DNA of 64,000 nt from Octopus sinensis (Eukaryota), in the NCBI RefSeq assembly GCF_006345805.1, contig NC_043000.1, forward strand, positions 43,834,001 to 43,898,000. The letters are read 5' to 3'. This document shows, one piece after another, positions 41,508 to 55,797 of the stretch. The notes beneath the pieces were generated by a model, which was not told where the DNA came from, did not search any database, and worked only from the letters and a program-made list of their open reading frames with translations. Each line of letters begins with the position of its first letter. Within the stretch, counting starts at the first letter, position 1. The position numbers were made by a program, and so were the translations under genes.

Positions 41508-43782
41508 TATTTCATAACATTTTCCATAAAGGCAGTACATAGAGTAAGTTAGCTTTGCGGGCTGGACGAGGACATTAATGAAGTGAATGATAATGAAAGA
41601 AAGATGATGGGGATGGGAGAAGACAAGAAGCGCCCGCCGACTTCTGCTTCTGCAAAACATTGTTCTTTTTAAAAACAAACACAAAACGAGGTATTAAACG
41701 TCTTACAATTTTTTCAATTTTTGGACTTAGCAGTCCATTACTAATAACAACATAGTTCAATAATTACATATATAAATACAATACACAAAGCTCCTCCTCC
41801 CAGACCTGGATTACACTTCCCTTAGGAATGTGCCAGCTCTAGGTCGGGGCCCCTCAAGTCGTATCACAATTTGACTCGTCCTAGAAATAACTTGTGCCCG
41901 CGCCCTCCACCATCCACCACGCCTCCCTCAGAACGTAATCGAGTTCCGAGTTAGCGTCGCCCGGGACCAAGCTATAATCCTCATTGAGCTCCTTCAGCCC
42001 AAGCGTCACGTCGAACTCCACGGCCTCCACAGCTAGCTACGGAGGCCATTCGGGGTCCTGTGTGAAGGCTAAAGGTGCTCCCTTGTGGTGCTTTTCCATC
42101 ACCTTTTCAATTTCTCCGCCTCTATAGAAGAGGATCAATACGTTCAATTCTTTCGTTGGCGGCACAGTTCCCACCAACGGTATTTCTTTTCCTGTCGGTG
42201 GCACAACCCCAACCGACGTAGTTCCGGGACATTCCGGTGCTATGTCACCGACAGCCGGTAATGTCCCGTTTCTCTTCCCCTTTTTCTTTTTTTCTTTTCA
42301 ACTGAAGGTGCGTCTCCTCCGTGGCCGGAAGATTCGCCTTTCCCTCCTCATCCCTAGTATCCTTTGGTGAGCACCCATTGTGGCTCACCTACCTCTTTCG
42401 GCCTCTGTTTGAGGAGTCCTCTGCTTCCTCGGCCGTTATCATTCCCTCTTCTACAAGGGTTTTACTTAACTGTTCCGGGATCCTATTTTGTTCACGGGGA
42501 CAGTTCTTTATGTGGCCGGACTCCAAGCACCGATGACACTTAGGGGGGGCGACCCTCAAGCATCACCGGGTACCTGCACCTGGCCATTTTCAAAAAATCT
42601 GGAAGAACCAGATTGGCTGAATGGGTCCAAAGGGTCAAAATTGCTTTTGACCCAACCCAAGCAGCCGCAGGAAGAACTTTTACATTAAGGAGCTTATTTT
42701 TGCTGCTACCCAGATCCCGGCGGATAGTCTCCTCTATCCACTCGGGTTCTATCCCGGGTGGCAGCCCGCAAATCCTAGCTTTCGCCAGTCTCTTTTTTTG
42801 GTACGTGGGCAGGAATAAAATTTCCTTACCCTCCAGGGGTTTGCTAGCAAATTTGCAAGCCTCTTCAGGGGTGTCAAATAGCAACTATACCGTTGCATAT
42901 TTGACACCCCTGGAAATGAATTTAATTGTTGGCAAATACTCTGCCAACTCCTTTTCAATTGCCGTCCTTTCGAATAGGGCGATGGTGTCGAGTGCCTTGG
43001 AGTAGGTTCTCAACACCACCGTCCTATCTTCACGGTCTTTTAACCACTTTTTAGGCGGTATGATCTCCAATTCCAAAATTTTGTTATTTTTCATTGCCAT
43101 GTTTTTTTTTGTTTTTTTGTTTTTTTAAATATATTCAAATTAAACTTAGCAAGCGAGAAGAAAAAAGTTCAAAAGTCCAAATAAAATTTCATAGATTTTT
43201 GTAAAAACAAAAAGGAGAAAGCACAACAGAAGGGAAGAAATCAACGGAAAGTCGCAATAAACAAAAAAAAAACAAAAGGGGGAGTTAAATGAAGTTCAAA
43301 ATAAAGTTGATAAACAGAAAAAACACAGCAAAAATCTTCTGGCCTTACGGTACTCCCGGCCTGAGTTGAAACTGGAACGCCGCAACTGTAACACAACCTC
43401 CACAAAAATGGGTCCGAAAGGTAATCCAATAGTGACTTATTTTTATAATTTTCTTGCGAAGTACTCTGACAAGGGAATAAATTCAACAAACCCAAACACA
43501 GCACAGTAACTGTATTGGGTTCCGAGGATACGCCCCTCCACTGTTTTTTTTCAATAAACACAAAAACGGCAGCCGCCGAGAGAAGGCGAAATTGTCTCAG
43601 AGTTGGACACAACTTACTGAAATAATAATTGGCACGTAATAAATTATGCCCAACTCACAATAAACAAAATCACTCACCTCGACAACTTTCCGTTTTTGGT
43701 CTTTTTTTCTATAATTGGACGGAGCTGGTTACTCACGTCAACTCTGGCTCAACAGGAAGCAACTGACTAACTGCGCATGTGT
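41508..43782 (-). mobile_element. ORF1-only non-autonomous non-LTR retroelement (HAL1-like; ORF1 resembles Tx1/L1-type)
   Basis: 15-bp TSD gttagcaagctactt(41493-507)/gttagcaagcaactt(43783-97); ~680-nt 5' UTR; ~370-nt 3' UTR ending in AATAAA; no EN/RT. Confidence 0.78.
41881..43100 (-). pseudogene. ORF1/gag-like nucleic-acid-binding protein with CCHC knuckle; frameshifted
   Basis: MAMKNNKILELEIIPP...LFDTPEEACKFA...ARICGLPPGIEPEW...VMLEGRPP(K)CHRCLESGHIKNCP...EFDVTLGLKELNEDY...GTSYF*. Confidence 0.75.
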
Positions 43783-46689
43783 GTTAGCAAGCAACTTACC
43801 ACACTGCCACTTCTGCGCCTATAATTAATTCATATTTTTGTCATATTCATCACTTGTTCTCATATTGATTCTTTTCTTTCAATTTGTTGTAATCAAATGA
43901 TTCAGAGAAAGAAAATATATGACTATATATAACCAATTTCAGCTTTACTTCCTTGCGGTTAGGTCTTATTATTGTGCAACCTTTGTAAGATAAATACTAT
44001 TTCCTATGTTACACGCATTTATGTTGATCAATATTCGATTACTGTGTCTGGTATTTCATCACTTTGTACTTGTTTATAATGTTACTTATTGTCAGTGTCT
44101 CTTGTTCTCATTAGCTTCATTTTGTATTTCGAAATTAAAATTTCTATAATTTAAAAAAAATACACATTGTATGAACTTGCTTGAACTTGCTTATATTATA
44201 TATTTGTTTTATTTAGTTTTGCACAATATTCATCCTCCTAAATGTTCTATATTTAAATATGATATCCAATACCCAATTGAAACAAAAACAAAACCCCACG
44301 AAAATGCACCTCATCACGTTCTAGGTCAACAAAACACATAGTATTATTTGTAGAAATCCCACATATATAACAGGCATCGAACTTTTTCCTCGGACATGGG
44401 ATTCTCTTTAAAATCTGGACAAATATTTCCCTTTACAAAATTGATAACATCAATAAATTCCTCTTATTTTAAACCACTTTATATGTGTTATAGTTTCTTG
44501 CAACTGCTTATAAATTATATCTTACTCTTCACTACAAAGCGATCTTTCAACTCATTGGCAACCGTTATCTAACATACAAGTATTCGTGAGCAACCATTTC
44601 GTACATTGTTAGTACTCTAAAGACTTCGTTCCTCAAAGTGATTGTGTAACTGATCGCGCCAAAATGTTTTACCCATTATTTTTCTTTACGCTATACTTTT
44701 GCCAATTTTAAATACTTTGTAACTATTATGGTCACCTTTCGTTTCTTGCAAAACACTTTCCAAAGTATAACGTCTTCAGTAAGCAGGATGAATATTAATT
44801 TCTCCCTGGAAATCATACTTTAACATAACTGCCTCAATATTTGTTATTGGTGGTATTCTTTAAATACAGCTCATCATATATCTACAGCAATATGATAGGA
44901 AATATCAGCACAAAACCAATTGTCCTTATAAGCGTTAAAATTAATCTGGATAATTTTACGACTGGGCTCAATTCTCAATGCAAATTGCCTATTTTTGAAA
45001 CAACAAATTAATTCCCGTGGAAATGTACTTTTAGTATAACTAATTTGTCAGCTAAAGAGAAAGTACATATAATTGCAAATATACCATGTTTGACGTAATG
45101 GAATTTTAATCACGTATTTTTAACAACATATCAGGAGATTGCAAAGTTTGAAAGATACGATATTTCTAACTACATATCAGGAGACTTGTAAGGATTGAAA
45201 GATACGATCAACAAGAAGATGAGGTGCATCCACGACAACCACATCAAAGATATTGCTTTATCCAAGGAAGAACAACAATAACGAACACAATACCTCACAA
45301 ACAACCCTTACAATTTGAAATACTTTCAAATGCTGGAGAAGTGATTTGATAATGTATAAATTAGAAATGACAAATCAAAAACAGACACTCAATCTTATAT
45401 GGTGTCGCATAAGCAGATTTTTAATTAAAAGTTATATAGTTTTAGAGAACAGTTCCAGTTATTTTCTGCTCATGTTGTAACTACCGAAGACCAATTGCGT
45501 ATAGCGCGTAATATTCAGTTGGATTCATTACCCAACTGCATAGAAATAACTAATGAAGCCATAAAGTCCTCTCTTTTATTAAGTGGTATACAACAAGAAA
45601 CGAATAGTAGTGTTTCTTCGGAAATATGTGGGTATGTAAACCAAAACTCGTATATTTGTCGCCGATGGGAAGTCTTGAAGTGATTTGCACCTAAACTGAA
45701 GAACGGTTCGCTTATGCATAATACTGTGCAAAAGGAACTGCATATTCAAAACGCATTCGATAGTGTGTATAACTAAACTGTGGATAGATATTATCAATTG
45801 CCTATAATATGCGTTTACCACACATATCTTCGCTTAAATTCTTTTCTGCCATTTATATTACCAATCAGTGTTAATTTAATGTATGGAGTTCATTTCATCT
45901 GCTTTCAAATTGCTCCAGTCTCTGTTTAGAATTTTATAGATTCAGGCTACTTAATTATGATAATCAATTTGAAACATTTGAATCGACGATTGTACACTGT
46001 TATGGGTGTTTTAAAAAGAATGCAATAAATAACTTTCCCAACTTAATGCAGTTAATATTATAACACATCCGCTATTTATTGCGTTGTAATTAAAGCAAAT
46101 ATTGATGAATGACAGTTCTTGTTGTTTCTAATTTTTGGCATATAGCTCTTAATAAGTGTAAGTCGAAATAAAATATTCACAAAAGCGTCACATAAACATT
46201 GTCGCAGTATTCGTGCCTAGAAGATGCGTTCAAATTATATTTCTAATTTATAATTTGTTATACAAACTTAAACAACCACTTTACTGAAACAGATTAGCAG
46301 AATTTTAATGGCGTTAGTAGATCTGCTTTGAAATATCAGGTATGTCATTTACATATATATTAGAAATTGCACATCTTTGTGGAAAAATGCAAGCTTTCAG
46401 GAATTAATTAACAGCGATAGGGATCAAATGGCAGATGACGTGATGTGTCAGTTTAGTTGAATATGCTGTGGGGGCTATGAAAAATGTTGCTAATACTGCA
46501 TAATTACTTTGGATGTTAGGCAAGTAAACAATTGATAAAAGTACCATAATTTATTTCTTTACTTATCTTTAAATTTCTCTCTTTGCCGAATTGTGTAAGC
46601 GCACGTGAAGTAGATATGCGGAATGAACCTGTTTTGTGTTGGTGAATTTAGAATAATATTTTGAGTTAAAAAATTATAGTTACTTAATG

Positions 46690-46911
46690 CTACATCGAAG
46701 AGGCCAGGGAACAGAAGAAAGAAGAAGAAAGAAGACATGCACACAATACCAGAGCTGAAGACACCTCCGAAAGGGGGAAGCGCCACGTCAAAACCGTTGA
46801 GAAGTAAGGGCCGAAACCGGACGTGGTTCTTCCTGATGATGTCTTGAGCTGACTGGATCCTATAAAGGAGCTGTTGTGGTAGTAGACTACGAAATACGGT
46901 TGACATTCTTC
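46690..46911 (-). CDS. Candidate terminal exon, 73 aa, Ser-rich with hydrophobic C-terminus (unidentified)
   Basis: Acceptor ttttcttttgattttttgcaatatAG|G; open phase-0 frame EECQPYFVVYYHNSS...ALVLCACLLSSSFFCSLASSM*; GC-richer than the flanks. Confidence 0.25.
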   Translation of the reverse strand, partial: EECQPYFVVYYHNSSFIGSSQLKTSSGRTTSGFGPYFSTVLTWRFPLSEVSSALVLCACLLSSSFFCSLASSM

Positions 46912-48774
46912 CTATATTGCAAAAAATCAAAAGAAAATTATGAAATTAAAAGTTTTCAAGTATGAACTCATTTTGTGCGGAAATAAATTCCCAGCACAAA
47001 TCAAAGAAGTAACAAAAACTTATATTTAAATGCCCAACAAAAATGTAATTTTGATCGATTAGCATTACTCTCGGATATTTCAGTCTTCACTATTTATACT
47101 TCGACCAGGCATTTAATAATATATAAGATGTTAATAATTGGATAGCTTGTAATATGACGCATGGATATTTCAGCTGTCTAACAGCAATGTTGCAAATAAT
47201 AAACCATTAAGAAAGTTCCATACATAAATGTTACATCAGTATTAATATGTGGTTTTGTACTTTTCTAAATATATGAATTTTTTAAAAACTTCCTGTGACA
47301 CCCTGATAAAGATCCTCCTAACACTCCGAGACAACATTACCACATGACTCATGTTTAAATCGTTTGATTAGAACAGTAAGTATTATCGGCAGATGGTAAT
47401 GACATAGACGATATAAAATTTCCTATCGTTAGAGCTATCTCTTGAGAAAAACATATCGGAGCAAGGAAGAAAACTTGGTGAAACTACGCTATTTTCTAAA
47501 ACTATGTATGTAATGTGACACATTGCATCTGCGACAAATTATACAAAAGTTGTGGTATAGAATACGTTTCAAAATATCGTGGCTGTGTATGCATTCGGTA
47601 CCTCTCAAAATGTCCGGTTGAAATCTGAGATGTACTCTTACATTGATCTAGTGCATCAATGATGGCATTTTATATTATAATAATTAATATATTCTGCCAT
47701 GTTGTTATGTGGTTATAGGGTAATATTTCACAACGCTTAAAACCATTGCTCCTACTCTGTGTCACTACCACAACTTGTCATGCAATGTTCATTATTAAAT
47801 TACTGGAATTACTCGTAATTCTGTGGTGAAAAACAGTATAGTTCAAAGGCTAATACCCATTATGTAAACAATGCTGGGGAAGATATTTTTGAAGAATAGA
47901 TTTCGCCACACTTGCCTAAACAGGCATGCCAGTATGACTAACTAAATATAAAATATTGTACATTTCTTGACATCGAAAAGTTAGAAATGTTGAAAGAGAA
48001 TCTTTCATGAAATCCCACCAGCAGCCAAAAGGCAAAAACATTCCATATATCAAGTAAGCATTTTCCTAACTAACGCCTTAAACATAAAAATGACCGCAGT
48101 AATGACAATCAAGGCTGATACACATAATGAACCTAACCCATTCTGATGGTTTAGCTTTATCAACGCCAAAAAACTAGTCTTTCTCACTAAGCGAAGTGTA
48201 AACGTCACATAAAACAAGGGTTTTCTCAGGATAATACACTAACATCTGGTTTCCCTACTATCTACTGGTCCCTCCAACGCAACCTCCACTGAGACTCTCA
48301 AAATTGAGTTATTTTCCCTCTCTCCTCACACATATAGTTCCGCTCGCGAAGCACTTTATTATGTATTAATCATAATTAATTTTAGCAGGGAAATATCTCT
48401 GAAACTCTGTGCCTGTATAGATGTCCTGAGGTTGAAATGTGGGTAAAAGTTCAGAAAGAAATAAAAGGTAACGAATAATAGATGTATTGTATGAAAAAGA
48501 TTTATTAATTGCAACTTCGAACACAAATATTGCAATGGATATACTACATAAAAATATTGTTGTATTTCGGGACGGTAATTTTATTTTGTTTTGTTAAATT
48601 AACACACGCACTATTTATATATTTTTTCTTCACTTGCTTATTACTTTTCGTATTTTATTATTTTACTCCATATCCATTGTCCGGAAATCTTTCGTCACAC
48701 ATTTGTGAACTATTCAGTGACACTATTCGTTTTCGCATGTGTTCTTGCTCCACTTATTCCATTCATTTTTTTTT

Positions 48775-48890
48775 TTTATGAAAGGCAAGGTCGACCTCAG
48801 CGGATTTTGAACTCAGAACGTACCGACAGGCGAAATATCAATATTTTGCCCAGCGTGCTAACGATTCTACCAGCTCACCGCCATATTCCA
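48775..48890 (-). mobile_element. tRNA-SINE 5' head fragment
   Basis: gaaaggcaaggtcgacctcagcggattttgaactcagaac...gattctaccagctcaccgcc is the reverse of a tRNA-like head. Confidence 0.65.
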
Positions 48891-48935
48891 TTCTGATCTT
48901 TTAAGATGTGTATCCTTATGTGCGCATGCGTTGTG

Positions 48936-48979
<44 letters not shown>

Positions 48980-51900
48980 CCCCGTATGCGTGTATGTGTG
49001 CGTATGCTTGTGTTTAAGTCATAGATTTTAGCGGCAGTTGGCCTTTCCCTCAGCCCCATCCTCTCACCCCATTGTGCTGCTGAAAAAATATGGTACGCTT
49101 CCTGTATTCCTCTGTGTAAGTGTGCTCACCAACACAATCGTTGTAGTTCTTGTTGTTATTGCCATCGTTGGCACCACCGCTGCTACCGACCGTGTTACCT
49201 GTGTTTTTGACATTGTTATGACCATCTATGAAGATTCCTGTGTGTGTGCTTGTCTGTTTGTATGGGTACGCTCCGTATGTATCCAAGCCCTCTACATAAT
49301 TTAATTTATCTATATTATCTATTTCCGTCTTACATTTATCACAGGTATGTGATAGATATGCTTATATATTCATTTGTGCATGTATTTATGTATTTATTTA
49401 TGTACTTCTTTTATTATTTTCTATGCATCTAACTCGATTTCTCATATCACAGATAAGTGCATATATGCATGTTGTGTGTGTTACACCCTGTATATTTCTC
49501 TGCGTTATTTACGGCTTTTAAAATAGTTATTCAGTTAAAGACCAAATGTATGTGAGTTCATTCAAGATTCTTGAGGTAAACCTCGTCATCTCTCTGTAAA
49601 TCACCCCACTTTAAGTTCATTCATCATGGCTCTGATCCAATCTGTCACAAATTTAAATAAACCCCGGCACCGGTCCTTATAGACTGCTGCACATTCAAGT
49701 ATTCCTGTTTACCGATGAAATGTTCTGAGGTTTCTATTCCTCTTTAAGTGGACTGCATAATTGTTAGAACTACTTATACTCAAAAACAGAATTAGAATAT
49801 TATTAAAATTCTGAGCAATGAAAATCATTTAGTTATTTACAACGCATAACTATCAAACTCAACCTACTAGTCCATCTATCTCTCTGTGTATGTACATGTG
49901 TGTATGTGTGCGTGTGTGTGTGTGTGTATGTGTATGTGTGTGAGAGAGTCTTTTCGATCAAATATCCGACTAATTTACTTCGGATCCATTGACGACAATG
50001 TAATATCCATTTAACTAAGGTATATTCGGCCTGGTGAGTAGCTAGTGGAGCACCCCACGTTGAATAACTACAACGTCCAATGTTTTTCTAGCTAGAAAAC
50101 ATGTGTCCGGGATTTTACCTGCTCTATTTCCTATATTTGAATTTTTAGTCGCTAATATAGCAACCAAGTTACTAACGTGAACTACAAAATAAGTTTTTCC
50201 CCTTCTCTTACACTGATATGGGGATAATTTACAGTTTTCTAGGCCAGTTAACAAATATTGTTCCCGTAAATTGTTTTTTATACCTTCTACCTCCTGTTCG
50301 AAGCTTACTAACATTCTACACCAGGTTCCTGGCGGACTTTACATATGTATGTATTAGTTCATCGACAATTAAATAATGCTTCTGATACGTATTTTAGAGG
50401 CGCTCATAGTTAATTTAGAAATGCAACGATAGATTTGCAAATTCGAGTGGTGATGATCCTCTAATTCGGATCTCGTCTTAGAATTACCTCAAGAGGTATA
50501 CCAATCAGAAAACATTTTCATAGCCCGGTGTATTTGTATTAGCGGAAAGCTTAAATATATGTTTACCGGATTGATAATTCGTTAAAATAAGTTGGACCTG
50601 TTTATATGCATACATATATATTTATTTTCTTTTTCATGTACTTAATAGATTTTGTATATTAATCACTCTAATTTGTTTATATATATGTTTGTATGTGTGT
50701 GTGTGATTTCTTACATAAATGCATACACATATTTCTCAAAAGATATTCACAAGAAGATATTAAAATGGCATTACGAATATTATATTCACTGCTGTATAAA
50801 TTGTAGTATCATGTTGCTGCCGTGTGTCATATGAGCATAGGTTATAGAACGAATATCATTTAACTTTTACCAAGTTTATTGATGCTTACAAACAGTTATA
50901 TAATATTATCCTTGTTTTCATAGGACAATGCTTTTATCATTTTATATGTGTAAATTATAAAATTTTGTCATTATTATAGAGGTTGAACTGAATAACTAAT
51001 ACGTAATTTGCTCTCTCTCTCTCTCGTCTTAACCTACTTCACTGTTTATTTCTAATTGTGCGTCTTCTCGCCTTCCGTACTTACTGCCTAACATTAAGCT
51101 CAGTATATGAACTTATCTCATTTCACCCGTTTAAGCTCTTTTGTTCATTCTTTCTTCGATTCTCCCTATAGATCTAAAGTGCAACTAGACAACAAACGAA
51201 CAAAATACCATAATTATTTTACCAGTTCATTTAGAAAGTATAACTAGAAAACCAGTTATCTATCCTATTTAAATGCTTGATAATTGAAAAAAAATTCTTT
51301 ACGGACTACCAACAGAAATAGATACCTTATTTCGGTAATATTCATGTTATTGATGATGGTTTCAATTATTTCAAAAGGCAATAACTATGTATTTCATCAG
51401 TGAAATACAGGTATACGAATTTAGTAAGAGTATAACATGTAAGGAAATAACAGCAGTTTGGGATATTCGAGTAATGGGACGTGAAATTCTCCACTTCAAG
51501 AAACTATTGAAATATATCCGTGGAGAATATATATATTATTGGATATTATTCTAGAAATTTATCTCTCAATATTTAACGACGTGATTTCCTAGCAAAAGGG
51601 TCACTTTGATATGGATAATGGTCAAGTTCCAGATGTCGGCTCCACAACGTTCTAAATTTGTTTACTGAAGAGAAAAGACTACTGAATACTCGCTAACGCC
51701 GAACTATATCGCTAGTTATAATGTATACATACATCCATGTGCGTCTGTATATGTGAATTTGTGCTTGAGTAAGTGTAGATGCTCTCGGGAGGTTTCACAC
51801 ACCAACTCCATTCATCAATATCTCTACGCCATATCTGATATCTCAATCTCTAAATACATATAATGTAGCAAAGCATTAATTCCAATGCAAATTGAAAGGA

Positions 51901-53556
51901 AATCCTGTATAACATTTCTTCTCTGAATCAAGGCAACTCAGTCAAGTAGTATTCTTAAAAGTACGTATAACGTATAATACTTTCTTTTCTTGTTCCACTA
52001 CTATAGTTTCACTTGTTAGCGATGCAGAAACTGATAATGTTCTGTACGAACGTTAATATTATTCTCTTAAATAAAATAACTGGTGCTTGCAAATTATTGT
52101 ATAATAATTCATAATACCACATTGTATAATACACATAGGAAGTCTAAATTAGTATAAATTCGAAATTGCGTCTGTAATTCGAATTATTTTGAGAATCAGT
52201 GATAATAGATCAATAAAATGCATTTATAATGACGTTATAGGGATTTATTAAAGATTGGAGCTTAATTTTAGAATCTACCTGAAACATGTAAGGGTGTATT
52301 TTATGTTCAAATATAATAACGAAATAGGAAAATTAGTATTTGAACATTTTCTGAAATACTACTAATACTTTCGTAATTCTACGCATTTACCTATTTCAGA
52401 ACAAAACTTTTCTTTTGTTCAAATGCTATTTTCTAAAACTAGTGTTATTTGTGCTGATTTGCTTGCTTATTTCTTTTAGTATATTTATGTAAAAATATGT
52501 CCTGGAAGTTTTGTGGGTAGTGGGAATGGATATTTTGTACAAGAGATTACAATAATCTTCAATGTTGCCAACAGTGCAAAAATATTACTGCACCACTAGA
52601 TGACAAATGCAGTGTATCAAAGCAAAATTGGATGAATCAGCCAGCAATATTTTGGCATAATTAAAATCGAAACCTTCAAGTAGTTTCTGAATTGTGTTCT
52701 TTCAAATTATTAAAAAGCTTACATCCGACAGAATTCAGTTGTACAAATCCAGAGAATAAAAAATCCGCTTATGCTGATTCTGACATTAATCATTTATTCT
52801 TATTGGTGATCATATCCTAATCATTTAATGACAATATTTACATTTATCTTATTCAAAAAATGTAAAATATGTCTCTGAGAAAGAGTAATGAATTCTGTAT
52901 AAACAGTATACATAATTGTAAAAAAAGATAAAGAAAAAAAGCTAAGATACTGAAACATGACCAATGTAATATCTAAGAATATAACAGAGTAAATGAAGTA
53001 AATTTTGCTATTAAGTACTGGCTTCTTCTACACATTACAATAGAAAGAATTTCAATCCCTGTTGCAATGCATATACGATTTTAGCTATGACTATGTATAG
53101 ACGTCGGTTACCGAAATATGGATCACAAAGATTTGAGTGATCAATATTTCCGTTTTATCAGATGTGTTGAAATAGTAAAAAAATTAACAAACTTAGCATC
53201 TTAATGATAATTGCTCCTTAAAATCACCTACTCATTAAATGCGTAAACCTATTTTCGCTACCCACAAAGTCTGCTGTAATCTTTTTATCTGACAATTCTA
53301 CTACTCTGTCATGTCACATTAACATTTCAGAAAACAATACCGAATAGAAGTATGCTCTAGAGATGCGCGTATATTAGTAAAACTACGTGAAACTTCAAAC
53401 TTAACCAGCGATATTTGTAGTAAAACTTTGAAATTACATTGCTTTTTTATTGTGGATAGTTTTTCGTGCTGTTTATGAGTACAATATTTATGAATCACTC
53501 AAAAATTCCCTTCGGTATTTCTTAATGACATGTATTTAGAAGAACCTATATTATAA

Positions 53557-53949
53557 ACTAGCAGTATCAGCCGGCGTTGCTCGGGTTTGTTTCGACCCGC
53601 TGGAATTGGAACTTTTGAAAATTAAAAATTATGCATTATGTAGCTTGTTATTTTCTTCAAGTGAACATTTTTCTGGTTGAAATACACCGAAAAGTGGCGA
53701 CACAACAGTGAAAAAATCGTACAAAAATAGGGATTTTCATAGAAAAAGCACCTTTTAGATGTAAATAATTTTTGGTGTTAACATGGTCCGATTTGAATTT
53801 TAACTTCTAAGGAAGGAAGAGCAACCCTTCTTCTATCATACTCTCAATTTTGGTCAACTTGCGCCGCAGGGTCTCGGAGGAGATAGTGTTAGTTGAAGGT
53901 TACCAAACCTGGCGCACACAGACAACTTCAGCTTTATATAAAGAGAGAT
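53557..53949 (+). mobile_element. Helentron-associated interspersed element (HINE, DINE-1/Lep1-like)
   Basis: Starts actagcagtatcagccggcgttgctcggg and ends cagacaacttcagctttatataaagagagat, architecture typical of HINEs. Confidence 0.6.
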
Positions 53950-55280
53950 AACACACATACATACACACACACACACACCCAATCGAATCTACTTGGAAAA
54001 ATCATAGGTAAATTCAATTGAAGAAATTCTATACTGTAGAATTGTATTAAAAAGAAACATGGGAACAGGCAGAAAAAATCTGCCTTTTATCATAAGAGAT
54101 ATGGGTGGTAGAACCTTGTGTTAAGCCGTCTGCCTTGTTCGGGATAACTTAAAGAGAATTTAATTACGTTTCATATAAAAATACGGATAAATGCAGAAGT
54201 AATTCACATAAAATAGCGAAACGTGCAAACACGCGCGCACACACACACACTCACAAACATACACACACATATATATATATATGCGCAGCACGCGAGTGTA
54301 TATAAATATATATGTGTGTGTGTATGTGTGCATATATATATACTTACGTACATACATATACATAATATTCATATGTATATATAACATATCCATAATGACC
54401 TTTACATCTGTTCAGACAATATTCCTTTCTTTTTTCGACTTGAATTGATCTTTCTTCATAACGTACTATATGTCTTGTAAGCACTCGTAGACAACATTTC
54501 CGATTGTCTCTTCTGACACTTGGAAATATTTTCAATTGACCGAATGGATTTTTGGAGATATCTGTAAATGATCTGCTGCGTTTGTTGGATAAATTCGAGT
54601 GTTGGAACTATTTTCTGTATTTCGATACTGGTTATACCTTCCCAACCTGTGGTAAACGTAGTAGATGAAAAACATAGCAAATTTGCAAGACTGAGCTTTC
54701 TCTAAATAACTGCACTCAGCATTTAAGGCCGCAATTACAGTATGCATCTTCATTTCTTTAGCAAGCTGAGTGTATGCCATTATTAGTTGCTGAAAAATAA
54801 AATCAGTAATACCTTACGCACACATAGTCAAATAGCTTATATACATTTTCTATTTATTTTCTTAGAATTTGTAAATATGTATATATATGGAGAATTATGG
54901 ATTTTAAATAATTTATTTTTATGATACAATGAGATTGAAAGCAATTCGTCTGCATCCTTTCAACAAATATGTTTACTTCTATTGTATAAGCTCATAAAGC
55001 CCTCATGAGATTCTGCCTAATATATTTAAAAATGATTACCAATTCTTAGCATAAGACCCTACCTAAATGCTTAGAATTAGTAATCAACTAGGGACATGAA
55101 TCGAAACATATATGTAGGGTTCTAGCATCTGTAATTTCTTTTAGTGCTTTATAATCAATAATTCATATGTATTGATTTTATAAAAATCATTAAACCTCAT
55201 ATCATTCAAATAAATTATTTAGATACCTATAATTCTCCCTTTTCTTCCTTTCATCCATAGCCATACATACATACATACAT

Positions 55281-55390
<110 letters not shown>

Positions 55391-55740
55391 GGAGATGTAC
55401 TTGCATAGCAAGAGACTTGATCTGAGATCGTGTGCTGAAGCAAAACAATTGCTCCGTGGAAGTCATTTAAAAACACACAAAAAGTATTAGATTCACTTCA
55501 TCATTTACATTTTATTTTTAAAAACATTTTCGCCGCTTTCATACCGCGACCTCTTCACTGACAAAATTCCGTGCTACAAAAAGAAAATTGACAAATTAAA
55601 TTCAAATGTTGAAGTAAATCTAACGGATTTTTTGTATTTTTATATGGCTTATAAACACCTTCCACGCTGCATTTGTACATATATATATACATAATATATA
55701 TACATATACATACATACATATATATACATACACACACACG

Positions 55741-55796
<56 letters not shown>

Positions 55797-55797
<1 letters not shown>

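Larger units (their letters stand above)
41150..43825 (-). mobile_element. SINE (41150-41507 plus 43783-43825) split by a 2.27-kb insertion
   Basis: The SINE sequence resumes seamlessly (…agcaagc[t/a]actt|accacactgccac…) after the insert. Confidence 0.85.

Noticed and set aside
45125-45215. ~50-bp tandem duplication (acatatcaggaga...gaaagatacgat) followed by a short open frame
   Set aside because: No homology; probably a local slippage duplication
54344-54780. Overlapping short ORFs; WIFGDICK resembling a GPCR loop, and a weak Harbinger-like HTH
   Set aside because: Stops interrupt the frames carrying those motifs; the motifs are too short to support a call
55530-55570. Minus-strand gtgaaga...gaaa motif resembling a hammerhead
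   Set aside because: The core is mutated and stems I/III cannot be formed convincingly
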